This document shows positions 52,161 through 64,000 of a stretch of 64,000 nt of DNA, piece by piece. Source of the stretch: Octopus vulgaris (lineage: Eukaryota). Location: positions 101,556,001 to 101,620,000 of the forward strand of contig OX597821.1 of the NCBI GenBank assembly GCA_951406725.2. The letters run 5' to 3'. The notes beneath the pieces are model-generated. The model was not told the DNA's origin, did no database searches, and worked only from the letters and a program-made list of their open reading frames with translations. A program made the position numbers and the translations under genes. The stretch's first letter is position 1. The number at the start of each line of letters is the position of its first letter.

Positions 52161-55100
52161 CTATCAAGAGACAAATATGATTATTTTAATTGTTAAAAGC
52201 AGATACAATGTATATAATAGGAAAGAGAAGAAACCAAAAATCAACATTTATATACATACATACATACACAAACAGGTTAATTTGAACAAACTTGTCTTTT
52301 GACCTTTTGGAGTTAATAAAAAGGTGCAAATTCAAGATGGTAGATTGGCAGAACCCACTATGGTCTACTTGGGTGGTAGACTTAACCTGTCACCTGGTTT
52401 AACACCAACACCAGGCACCTTTATTGGAATCCAAACTACTGCAAGCATCCAGGTCAAGCCTCTGGCTTAAAGACATTTTCTTCTTTCTCTCCCATGAATC
52501 TCAGAAGCCTGGGTCAAGCACATTCCCTTCCCTCCTCACTAAAAGATTTTCCATATTTATTTGTCAAATATTAGTTACATTTACAGATGACATCTAATAT
52601 TTATACTTTAATTTTCATTCTGACATCCAGCATAGAGTTGAGAGGAAAGAAGTCTCATAGGGAACAAAGCAACCTCTCTATTACTGGTGCCATGATAAAA
52701 TGTACTCAGTTCACTCTGCAAAGTGACTGGTAAATAAACAGAGACAACATAGCAGAGAGAAGATTGATTAGCTTTGTTGATGATACAACAACCTCACTTG
52801 TGCTGGTGTCACAATGAAATGCAACCAATTCATAATGGAAAATAGTTGCTGATAGGAAACATGTTCAGCAGTAGAAACCATGCTGAAAATAGAACACATG
52901 AGTGAGACACAGTTTCCAGTCATCTAGGATTATTATGAATAAAAATTGACCAAGACTATGATCTGTCCAACAAATACAAGGAAAGTGGATTTAAAATAAT
53001 AATAATAATGATGATGATGATAATGGCGTCATTCCACTCTTTGTTGCATTATATCTATATATACACATATGCTTTTTATACCTGGCAGAGCTCATCCCTC
53101 TCCAAGTCTAATCACAGTTAATTTCTTTCAGAAAGAGAAGAATCGACTCCAATACAGAACCAAAACTTTATTTAATGACTCTGACAGGATGAAAGGCAAA
53201 GTTGATCTCAGTCGTATTTGAACTCTGAGCACAGAGAGTGAGACAAACAGCATAAGGCAATCTAACTCTTAACAACTTAGCCAACATACTACCTTAACAT
53301 AATATAAATTTATAGCTATTAATATAGAATGAAGAAGGTGGCAAGCTGACAGAATTGTGAACATGCTGGCCAAAATGCTTAGCAACATTTCATGTCTTTA
53401 CAGATCTGAGTTCAAATTCTACCACGGTCGACTTTGTCTTTCATCCTTTTGAGGTTGATAAAGTAAGTGCCAGTTAATCACTGGGGTTGATTTAATTGAT
53501 TTACTCCCTTCACCAAAATTGCTGTACCAACATTTGAAACCAATACAGAATGAAGGAAGTTAGCTCTAAATTGAAAGTAATATAATTCTTTCAAATGGAC
53601 ATTTCTTCAAATCTCCTTTCCACATATTCAAGTAGGTGCTGGTGCTGCATAAAAGCACCCAGTACACTCTGTAAAGTGGTTGGCATCACAAAGGGTGTCC
53701 AGCCATGGAAATCATGCCAAAACAGACATAGAGGCTGAACAGCTCTTCAGCTGGTCAATTCTGTCAAACCATCCAACCCATGCTAGCATGGAAAACAGAC
53801 ATTAAATGACGATGATGATGATGAGAATTAGTTCCAAATATAATGTCAGCTTGAAGAATTATACTATAAGGATGAAGTGAAAAATGCTGGTAATTGTCTT
53901 TGATCAGAATAAAAATACTCAGTTTCAGCAAATTATTGTATAGCTGGACAAAATTAAGAGGATGACTAAAAACAAAATGGCAAGATGATCTCACCTGCTA
54001 CCTGGGATCTACATGACCATGACTGGTCAGAGACAGACAACAGTAGACAGAGTTCATGGTGGAGTTCCTCCTTCAGGAGTGATGAAGCCCTGGTTGAAGT
54101 TGAGGATTAAATGTTTTGTAGTATTTCTTCTGGTTCTGTGCATTCTGAGTTCAAATCCTGTTGAAGTCACCCTTGCTTTTCAACCTTCAAAGCTCAACAA
54201 ATAATGTACCACCCTAAGGCAGTGGACTGGCAGAATTGTTAGAGCATCAGAGAGGATGCCTTGTGGAATTTGTTCCATCTCTTTATGTTTTCAGTTCAAA
54301 TGCTGCTCCTCTTATTTCCTATTTGAGGTGGACTTAAATCTGTCACCCAGTTTAACACCATCAATTGGTTTTGTATGCCTTCAGTGGAGTCACTTCATAT
54401 CAGGCATTTGGGTTAGGGTTCCACTTTGAGAATACTCTCTTCCTTCGTATCATGGTAAGAAACTCTCAAGAGACTTGAACAGCAGAAGGTCTTCAGACAA
54501 GAAACCCACCTCAGGCAAGTGTTTCGGCTCTTCCCTTCTTACATTCCAAGAGGGCAAGGCCACATTCAGGTCATGATTTCTGGGTGTCTTTCTGCTGACA
54601 CTTTTTAGCTACTTGGACATTGGTGACTTGTATATTTAAACTACCTGGAGATTTTAACTAGTTGTAACTCCTCTCCATTGACTCAGCTTTCTGAAAAGGG
54701 CTACAAGCTCTTCTTCCTAATCAAAATAAAAAAAGTTATTTGTCTAACTTCAATTTTTTGGTGAAACTGTTTCACTTTTGCTTCTCATGCCTTTAGAAAA
54801 AGGCTTGTATACCAAAACTCCCATATTGATCTCCCCTACAAAGCTAAGACTGATGTGAAATTGTTTTTGCAAGTGTTCACATACTTTAAACATAAATCAA
54901 TAAATATCAATATCATTTTATATTACATATACGCATACAAACAAATATTGGTTTCAAATTTTGGCACAAGGCCAGCAATTTTAGGAGAGGAACTAAGTTG
55001 ATTACACCAACCCCAGTGCTCAACTGGTATTTATCTTATTAACTCCAAAAGGATGAAGGGCAAAGTTGACACAGGTAGCATTTAGACACAGAACATGGAG

Positions 55101-55386
55101 TCAGAAGAAATGCCACTAAGCATTTTGTCTGTCCACTGTGGTAACGGTTTGACCAGTTCACCACCTGGCCCATACAAACAGCTATTCAAATTTGTAATGT
55201 CATAAACCTTTCCACAAAATACAACCCTCCCCACTAAAAAAAAAAAAGAATCTCCACTTACCTAGCTGATCAGCCAGTTGTTTTCCTCGTTCAGTAGACA
55301 CCACACGTTCTTCTTCCAAGTCACACTTATTGCCCACTAAAACTACTTGTGCATTATCCCAGGAATATGTCTTGATTTGTGTGCAC
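51970..55386 (-). CDS. RAB3: Rab3 small GTPase, last two coding exons (55386-55262, 52160-51970); 5' exons not found, presumably beyond the window end
   Basis: [80 protein letters not shown]...SSCQC*. Rab3-specific [11 protein letters not shown] and [13 protein letters not shown]4 NKCD, G5 ETSAK, C-terminal CxC prenylation motif. Confidence 0.96.
55262..55386 (-). CDS. RAB3: Rab3 penultimate coding exon (125 nt)
   Basis: tcttgtag acceptor, [19 protein letters not shown], gtaagt donor. Confidence 0.95.
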
Positions 55387-56774
55387 CTACAAGACAGCAG
55401 AAATTAATATAAATATATGAGAAGAGGTTTAGGTTAGAAATAACAATTTTATTAATAATTTGGTGTGTATGACTTGTTGAAATAATAACAGCTATAAATA
55501 GCAAATACCATTAATATCTAAATCAATAGTTTTTCTGCTACTGTTGCATTATTTTGTGAAGTAGTTAAAATTAATACGTGCTGCAAAAAACATCACATCA
55601 TGTCTAAGCATTCTACATCCATTTTTTTCTATTTTTCAGTCACTGGTGGCTTGAGACATATGATTCTGCCAAAATAGACAATCTGCATGATTTGATGCAA
55701 CAGATATTTTTTATTGATTCTTGTCTTTTTAACATAATTTACTCAAGTATGAAATGAAAGTGGTAATTTGATTTTTCGCAGAATGACTAAACGAGGCAGA
55801 ATCTACAAGGTGATTCGACCGGGTAGAATCAGCAGCCAACTCTTCAGTAAATCACATCCTATTGCCTTAAAACACAACATATTGAATAATATGCCCCTGG
55901 GTTTATTGGGGAAAAAATAGGATGGTTATAAGTGGAATGTCTTTGATCATAAGTCTTGCTCTGTTAGAGCTGACCTGGGACTAGGCAGCAGCAACAAGCA
56001 AAAACAGTTTATTTTGGTAGTTGACAGTGCATATAGATAGAAAGAATGAGAGCCTGGACCACTGAGATCGCACTAGTGCTGATGGCGTGAATAAAGCACC
56101 AAGTATACAGTGAAAAGTGATTGGCATAAGGAAGGGCATCCATCTTTAGAAACTATGCTAAAGCTAACATTGGAGCTTGACACAATCCTGCAACTTGATA
56201 GATCCTGTCAAAACTGTCCAACCCATGTCAGTATGAAAAATGGTTCTATGATGATGATGATGAAAACAAAATGAAATAATAAGAAAGTTAAGAATAATTA
56301 CAGTTGCAATTATCTTTATATTTACTTTTTATAATAATTAACACTGTTATTTGTCTATTGTACTTCATCAATGACGCCTTAATTCTAGAGAGACTTTAAT
56401 GTGTATCAAGACAGAAGACTGGCTCTGTCAATGGTTTCTATATGATATGAGATTTGTCCAGAAGAGCAGGCTTCTGTATGTTGTACATTGCAGAGACATA
56501 GAATACTTTCAAGCTGATTCTTTGGGCCTCAAAGCTCATTATAATAATTCTCAACTTCCATGCCATTTCTGTTTGTGAGTCCTTATATTTTGTTCAGTTG
56601 TCAGTACCCTTGTATTTAATTTCCAGTCTGTTATCAAGAATAGTTCTCTCAGACTCCTACAGTATGTTTAATCGAATTTTAATGCAGTGAGCTTCAAAAA
56701 GCTAATTAAAAATAATTACGAGATATAATTACAATATTATTACAATGACTAAATTTTTCGTGCAAGAATGGGAG

Positions 56775-56823
56775 GCATCTCATGACATGTTTTTGTCTTA
56801 TTTGGACCTCATCAGTAAAATGC
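56775..56823 (-). ncRNA. Decayed type I hammerhead motif
   Basis: GCAUUUUA CUGAUGA GGUC-CAAAUAA-GAC AAAAA CAUG UC AUGAGAUGC; core GAAA lost. Confidence 0.45.
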
Positions 56824-57309
56824 AGACTTCAATGTATTTAGCAAAGTAGCAATGAAAATGTTACTAAGTAAATGTACAATGCTAAAAACCAGTTGGTGTA
56901 GAAAATTAGAATATTTTAGAGAAATATTGTATTTATGCATTTTATATCAAAATATCTAAACAATGATGATGCTGGTTACAGACTAATCACTTCATTCAAA
57001 GACCAATGATTAACTTTAGTGAAGTTGGAATACTTCATCAAGGATAGTAAAAAATATAAGCACAGACACACACACACACTTGATGTTTTCTATCCAAAGG
57101 GCTTTTTAACTCAATATTTACATGCTATTATTTACAGCTTTATTCCAACAAGTTTCACTGTTCCAAAAAAGAATTATTTCATGTTCTCCTGAAGTCTTCA
57201 GACATTTACAGAATATTTATATATTGTAGACATCACAAAATACATACATATATTTATATATACTTTATTATTATTAAAGCTGCAAAACCATCACAAAAAT
57301 ATCGCAAAA

Positions 57310-57353
57310 AAACTGCTACTCAGAGTTTCATGTCCCCATTCATCAGACAGTTT
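57310..57353 (-). ncRNA. Type I minimal hammerhead ribozyme motif (Penelope/retrozyme-like)
   Basis: - strand AAACUGU CUGAUGA AUG-GGGA-CAU GAAA CUC-U-GAG UA GCAGUUU: full catalytic core, 7-bp stem I, GNRA-capped stem II, near-palindromic stem III, GUA cleavage triplet. Confidence 0.75.
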
Positions 57354-57554
57354 AGATTAAAAAATAAAGTATATTACTCTACCCCCGGTATTTGAGTACT
57401 ATTAAGTAATAAAGAAATAAGTACTATTACGAAATTAAGAAATAAGCATATTATTTTACCTCCAGTATTCAAGTACTATTTTTCCCACCTTGTTTCACAT
57501 TTAAGTTTACTTAGGTGTATATATATATATGTGTATATATATATATGTATATAT

Positions 57555-58085
57555 ATGGTGAAGGATGTTCTGAAACTATTGTCTCTAGAATAAGAATAGG
57601 ATGGAGGAAGTTCAAAGAGATATTAACCCTGTTGGCAACAAAAGGACTGTCTCTCAGAGTCAAAGATACATTGTATGATGCTTGTGTACAAATGGCTATA
57701 CTCCATGGTGGTGAGACATGGTCAGAATGCAGAAGACATTCATAGACTAAAGAGGAATGAAGGAAGTATGCTTCGTTGGATGTGCAACATCAGTTTGCAT
57801 GTACAACAAAGTGCAAATGTGTTGAGAGAAAAGTTGGGGATAAGAGGAATCAGATGCAGCACGCAAGAGAGAAGAATGCATTGGTTTGGACATGTGATGC
57901 ATATGAATGAAGACAGCTGTATAAAAAAAAATATGGATCACTGAAAATGGATGGCCCTTGTGGAAGAGGAGACCCAGAAAGATATGGGATAAAGTGGTGG
58001 GGATTGATCTCAGGATGTTGGGCCTCACAGAGGAGATGATAATGGACTGAGATGTCTGATGATATGAGGTTTTTGAGAAGACCCA
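57555..58085 (+). mobile_element. RTE-clade LINE 3' ORF fragment
   Basis: SRIRIGWRKFKE..LSLRVK..LYDACV..LHGGETW / MLRWMC..RMHWFGHVMHM. Confidence 0.85.
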
Positions 58086-61000
58086 CCCACATCAGTGAAA
58101 CTCAGTTCTAGAAGCATTGTTTTCCATCCACATGTAACAATAAAACTTTTCACACACCCTACCCCAACAGACCAAACTACATCTCTTCTCTTCCTCATAT
58201 TTCTTCTTTTCATGCACTCGCTCCCCAATCCTGTCCCCTACCCCCTCTATACACCCAGGTTTCACCAGTCACTGCATTCCCCACTCTCACACTCTTTGCA
58301 TCCATGTGAAGTCTCTACTCCCTACTCACACACCACCTTTGATGATACCCTGCCATTTATATTCTGACCCCACACCTTGAGAGTATGCCTAGGCACTTCA
58401 CACCATGCTCTATGTTACCATCCCATTTATATTCTGATCCCCACTCTTTGTGAGTATACCCTGGTACTTCACCACCACCTCTCTCCTGCTCTCTCTTGCA
58501 CTCTTGCTCTCTTCCTTCTGACTGTGTAACAATGTATCTCCTCTACAGCAACACACCTGTTTCTGTCCACATTCTTGATCATTCCCCCTCTCTCTCTGAC
58601 CGGGTAACCATGCACCTCTTCTACAGTGCCAGTGCTGGTGCCTTGTAAAAAGCATCCAGTCCACACCGTAAAGTGGTTGGCATTTGGAAGGGCATCCAGT
58701 TATAAAAATCATTCAGTCCACTCTGTGGGGGTGATTGGTGTTAGGAAGGGCATCCAGCCTTAAAAAAAGCCATGCCAAAACAGACACTGAAGCCTGGATT
58801 TCCACACAATTAAGTCTATTATAAAGCTCCAGTTGCCAAAGGTGCCACACTGTTAAACTGAGTCCAAACCATGGTTTTGATCCCACTAACCTTCTTATCT
58901 GATCCCATTTCTAATTAGCTTGCTACTGCTAACTATGTTGAATATGTTAACACTATTTCTTCTTTCTTTTATGTCTTCATGCAAATGGTGCATCTGTGAA
59001 ATTTATTCTCAAAAATACCCTACAGTATACTTTATTGATCATGTTTAGTCACTGGGTATAGGATGTGACTTGCACTATTTATTACTGACTTGTATATTTA
59101 TCTCCCTGAATATAGTCCAAATGACATTGGCTAACCTTATATTGGCCAGATAACCTTGTGTTGGCATATGTTTTCTATTTTGGCTAACAACAGACATACA
59201 TTAGTATACTAACTACAAAGCCTATATTTAGGGGTATAGATAATGAAGACAAAGAATTAGTTATTGTGCCCTGTGGCTAGAGTAAGGCAGCGCAAAATAT
59301 TAATAATTATTACTGAATATGAGAGAAATAATGAGGGTTTATTGTGATTACATTTTTGACTTGACCTGTTTTTACTCTTTAGAGTGGATAAGTGCCAGTA
59401 AAGAAAATACTGAGATTGATTCAATGAACTATGATATGTTCCCTACAAGTTTGTACTCTTGTGCTAATACAAGAAACTGTTATCACTATTAAATCAATAA
59501 ATTTGGTATTAACCATTTTGCTACTAATATTCCTGTGGAAATAAACTGACTTACTTTCAAGTGTATGTCGTAAAATAACTTTGTCAGTATCAAGCTAGTG
59601 TTCAGAACGTAAACTGACATGAAATTTTGATGGAAGGTTTTAATTTAAATCTCTTTAAAATAGGAAGATGGTATCATAGAACTAAGGGTGGGTTGGTATT
59701 ACAAGGCTCAGTAACAGAGAGATTTCTGATGGGAACTGAACTCAAAACAATGAGATACAGAACAAGATGCTTTACAGGGTCTAGTTCGGTAGCTCATCCT
59801 TCTGGGAGTCAGTTCCTATTGGGAGACAACATAAGTTTCTATCCCTTAGAAGATTGATGAGCTACTAATAGAATACTGAAGTTTTATTTTGCTATGAGAT
59901 TATAACTGAAAGGAAATTTTCATCATGATTACATATTTTTAATGTTTTATGTCTCATTTTTCCATTCTAATACAAGCAGAATGCTTTGTGCACATGCATG
60001 TGTGTGTTATAATAATGAAATCAAGCCAAATGATATTTGGATAGCACTTGAGACACATACATTTCAGAACATTGCATAACATTTAATGCATGACCTTCCT
60101 CAGTTGATATGTTTCAACACACACACACACACACACACAGACATATATATGTAACTTAAATTTGTATGTTAGGTAAGTATTCAAACATCAAATAGGAGTA
60201 GAACCTGCTTTATAAATCATGCAATTATCAACCTCTTGATTGGGATGTCTGGCATGCCATCAACATGGCTATCTGCCCTCTCATATATATATATATACAT
60301 ACACAACTGGCGCTCTGTCGGTTATGATGACAAGGATTCCAGTTAATCCAGTCAATAGAACAGCCTGGTAATGTAATTAATGTGGCAGTGGCAGAGCACT
60401 CCACAGACACGTGTACCCTTAATGAAGTTCTCAGAGAGATTTAACAGGATACAAAATGTAACAAGGATGGCTCTTTGAGTTACAAGTACAACTCATTTTT
60501 GCCAGCTGAGTGGACTGGAGCAACTCTGAAAACAATAAATAAGGGACATGACTCCATTAAGATCAGCTAACCAACATTCTTGGTAGAAATGATGATGTAG
60601 ATATAAGTGGATATATACACTACAGAACTAACTACCTTCATAATCTCCAAATGCATGTTGCTGCCAAACACTTCTGTTCCGACCATACTGATGGTGATAA
60701 GATCTCCATCTATACAAGTTATATTCAATATCATTTATGTATATTTGTGTCTAATTGCATTTTCAGTAATGTTTGTGTCCTGTCTATTTTAACACAGTAG
60801 CTACAGTGAAAAGATTGAAACAAAGTCAGAGAAATGTCATTGCTATTGGAAACAAATGATGTCTCTGTATGTGCTTCAAGTGGAAGGTAAGAAGTATGTG
60901 TGAGTGTGTGATGTTAGTTGAAAATGAGACATGGACACTGAATATGGAAGATCTGAAGTTGCAAGAAGGAAATAATTTGAGTACGATTTGATCGATGCAT

Positions 61001-62547
61001 TAAGTTATCTCACATAAAAGGCAGAATATAAATGAGAAGCTGGCATTAAAGATATTAGTTGATGTATGCAGGAGAATCTCTAATGATATGGGTATGTGTG
61101 ACTAGAAGACAAATACTAGCTGGAATATCTTTATGTGGTGATAGTAGAAGATACCTGTTGTTAATGAAAACATAGAATGAAGTGAAGTCAGGTCATTTGA
61201 AACTGGACCTTAGAGATGAGTTAATGCACAGGCATGTGGGTTATGCTATGCATAGAGGGTTATAAAAACAGATTTTGAATAAGGAGATACTAGTTGCTCT
61301 ATGTTTTGTTGGAAGTCTACTGCTTCAGTTAAAGGACTAATGAAAGAGAATCTAAAACCCATACAGAGAATACTTATGTGTGTGACCAACTCTTATTTAA
61401 CGAGGAATCCTGGAAATTTGTGGTTTACTAAGCTCATAAAAGTAGAAGATCCAGAATGATGACACAGACTGAGATGATAATGCTGAAATATATTCCAATA
61501 ATTGAATGTTCTGAACTTCATGCTATTTTCCACTTAGATACAAAGCTAGACTCTCGTTGCACATGGATCATTTTAATCGCATGTGAAAGGAGAAAGACAT
61601 CAGCAATAATAGAGCTTTCATAATATTGTTATCATTTGCGTCAGTGTCATAGATACCACCATTTAATGTCTGTGGCCCATGCTAGCATAGGTTGGGCAGT
61701 TCGGCAGGATCTGACTAGCCTGAGGGTTGTGTTGGTCTCCAGTATCTGCTTTAGCAAGATTTCTAGATCTGGACACTATTCCTAATGCCAGTCCCTTTAC
61801 AGAGTATCTGGATGCTTTTTTTTGTGGTACAATGTCACCTCCCCATATTGAGGGAGGTAGCATTGTACCAGGTGTAGAGAGTCTAAAGTAGGAAAGAGGA
61901 ACAGGAACAGGTCTCTTGTTGTAGAGAAGATACATGGATACTTCAGCAGGAAAGGAAGAAAGGATGGTGGAAATAAAATATCAGGGTGTACCCTTACCTA
62001 GCTAAAATAAAATGAATAAAAGATAACTGCAAAGTATATCACTACCGGACAATGAGTTTGTATTTACTCTATTAATTATAAATACTTTATCAATATCCCT
62101 TTACACAAGAAAGAATTCACATATAGGTTTCTTTCATCTGCCAAAACAATATAAAATGTTGATCATAGAATGAAAGGTACACAGTCATAAAGGACTATAA
62201 AAATTCATACAGATGATGGAGATGGTGATGATGTTTTCACCCAACTCTTACATAAATCTGTGTAAAGATACTAATAGTCATGAAATAAACCTTACATACT
62301 GACATGGAAAATAAAGTAAGAATTATTAATTTAATAAAGGATTATTTCACTAACTCAAAGTGTTCAAAATATTACATAGACCATTCTAAGAATGTTCCAC
62401 ATTTCAATAATAATAAAAATAATTCTTTCTAATTTTGGCATAAAGCTAGAAATTTTGAAAGAAGGAGGCTAGCAGATTATGCCATTCTCAGTTCCTGACT
62501 AGTTTATCAACTATGAAAGGATGAAAGCAAAGTTGACCTAAGCCTAA

Positions 62548-62852
62548 CTTTTTTTTTTATGTTTGTTCCTTCTCAAGCCATGCCTGGCTCATAAGGGCCG
62601 GTTTCCTGGCGTATAGGTTCCCCACCTGGATGGGACGCCGGTCCATCGCAGGTGAGCTGCAAGATGCAGGAGGAAAGAATGAGAGAAAGTTGTGGCGAAG
62701 GAGTCAGCAGAAGTTTCGCCATTACCTTCTGCTGGAGCCGTGTGAAGCTTAGGTGTTTCACTCATAAACACACACATCGCCTGGTCTGAGATTCGAACCG
62801 GCGATCCCTCGACCGCGAGTTCGCTGCTCTAACCACTAGGCCATGTGCCTCC
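62548..62852 (-). mobile_element. Young tRNA-derived SINE with V-domain-like core
   Basis: Head GGAGGCACATGGCCTAGTGGTTAGAGCAGCG...GGTTCGAATC, core CCTGCGATGGACCGGCGTCCCATCCAGG, A-tail, CCTAACTT TSD; many CpGs intact. Confidence 0.8.
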
Positions 62853-63418
62853 ACAACCCTAACTTAGAACATGAAGAGCCTGCTCAGTAGCATAATTGGT
62901 AACATGGTCATGTGGTAAGTGTATATTTAATACACTTGAAGTCCAGTTAGCAAGCCTCTTGTTTTAAAGATGGCAATGCTAGGGCTTGGCCATGATCCAC
63001 TGGCTAGCACCAGTAAAAGAGTATTCATTGAATTTTTCCCGTAGGCATAAAGCAAAAAATTTTGGAGGAAAGAGCAGTTGATTAAACTAACCATTATTTT
63101 ATCTTGGAAGAATGAAAGGTAAAGTCAACTCTGTTAAGATTTGAACTCAAAACGTGAAAGGATAAATTTAAGTAGATATAATAATAATAATACTTTCTAC
63201 TAAAGGCACAAGGCTTGAAATTTTGGGGGAAGGGACAAGTTGATTACATCGACCCCAGTGTTTCACTGGTACTTAATTTTTTGACCCTGAAAGGATGTGA
63301 GGCAAAGTCAACCTTGGCAGAATTTGAACTCAGAACGTAGTGGCAGACAAAATACCACCAAGCATTTCGCCTGGTATGCTAACAACTCTGCCTGCTTGCT
63401 GCCTTAATAATAATAATG

Positions 63419-63449
<31 letters not shown>

Positions 63450-64000
63450 TAACCATTTTTAAAAGTGATGTAATTCCATAAATTTTTGAGGAAAGAATAA
63501 ACAATTATATCAAATCTAGTTGATGTAACTATTAACTGGTACTTTATTTTATTAAACTTCAGAATGACGAAAGGCAGAGTTGACTTGGACAGGATTTGAA
63601 CTCAGAATGTAAAGAGATGTAACTAATACTACAATGTACTTTGACCAACACTTTACTGATTCTGCCAGCAAATTGCTCTACTAATATAGATAACATCAAT
63701 CATAATAATTCTTTCTTATATAAGTACAGGGCCAATGCTTTTGAAGAGAGAAGGGTTAGTTGATACCATCAATCCCAGTACTAGGCTAGTATTGTATTTT
63801 ATTGATTCTGAAGGGATGAAAGGCAAAGTTGACCTTGAGAATATTTGAAGTGAGAATGTAAAGGGACATAACTAGACACTTCCACTGCTTTACTGACTTT
63901 GCCAACATACTGCTCTACACATGTCAATAATAATAATAATAAATGCCCTGATGCGGTACCAAACACTGGCTCTCATGGCTTCTGATTGGAAGTGTTATCA

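Noticed and set aside
51946-52302. 118-aa + strand ORF
   Set aside because: Antisense shadow of the Rab3 last exon.
57165-57210. Possible additional hammerhead (CUGAAGA...GAAA on - strand)
   Set aside because: Stem II does not close next to the core and no stem I partner is present.
62780-62852. tRNA gene
   Set aside because: No paired acceptor stem; the sequence continues into a SINE body with an A tail and TSD. The other tRNA-like heads in the window are likewise SINEs.
55387-64000. Upstream Rab3 coding exons (GKT and DTAGQE motifs)
   Set aside because: Looked for on the - strand and not found; they presumably lie beyond the window end.

Overview
AT-rich, repeat-dense eukaryotic (animal) genomic DNA; the SINE/LINE content and microsatellites suggest an octopod cephalopod (Octopus; inferred, not verified). 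Three spliced genes were reconstructed by hand from GT-AG junctions and frame continuity. (1) The 3' five coding exons of VPS28 (+, 2512-7755). (2) A complete 8-exon hydroxypyruvate isomerase gene, HYI (-, 38026-9168, 265 aa), tail-to-tail with VPS28. (3) The last two coding exons of Rab3 (-, 55386-51970), with an apparently ~4.7 kb transposon-free 3' UTR. The rest is tRNA-derived SINEs, RTE and CR1/L2-like LINE fragments, a mariner relic, a Gypsy-like LTR relic, a non-autonomous Helitron, and piggyBac-like and hAT MITEs. Most ORFs in the supplied track are spurious or repeat-derived. The most notable unexplained signal is a set of type I hammerhead-ribozyme motifs. One has an intact core, is sense to the Rab3 pre-mRNA and sits in a (TA)n-embedded module; one is interrupted by a MITE at its cleavage triplet; the others are decayed. 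Several strong hairpins and a compact candidate bidirectional poly(A) element between VPS28 and HYI also stand out. No database searches or folding programs were run.
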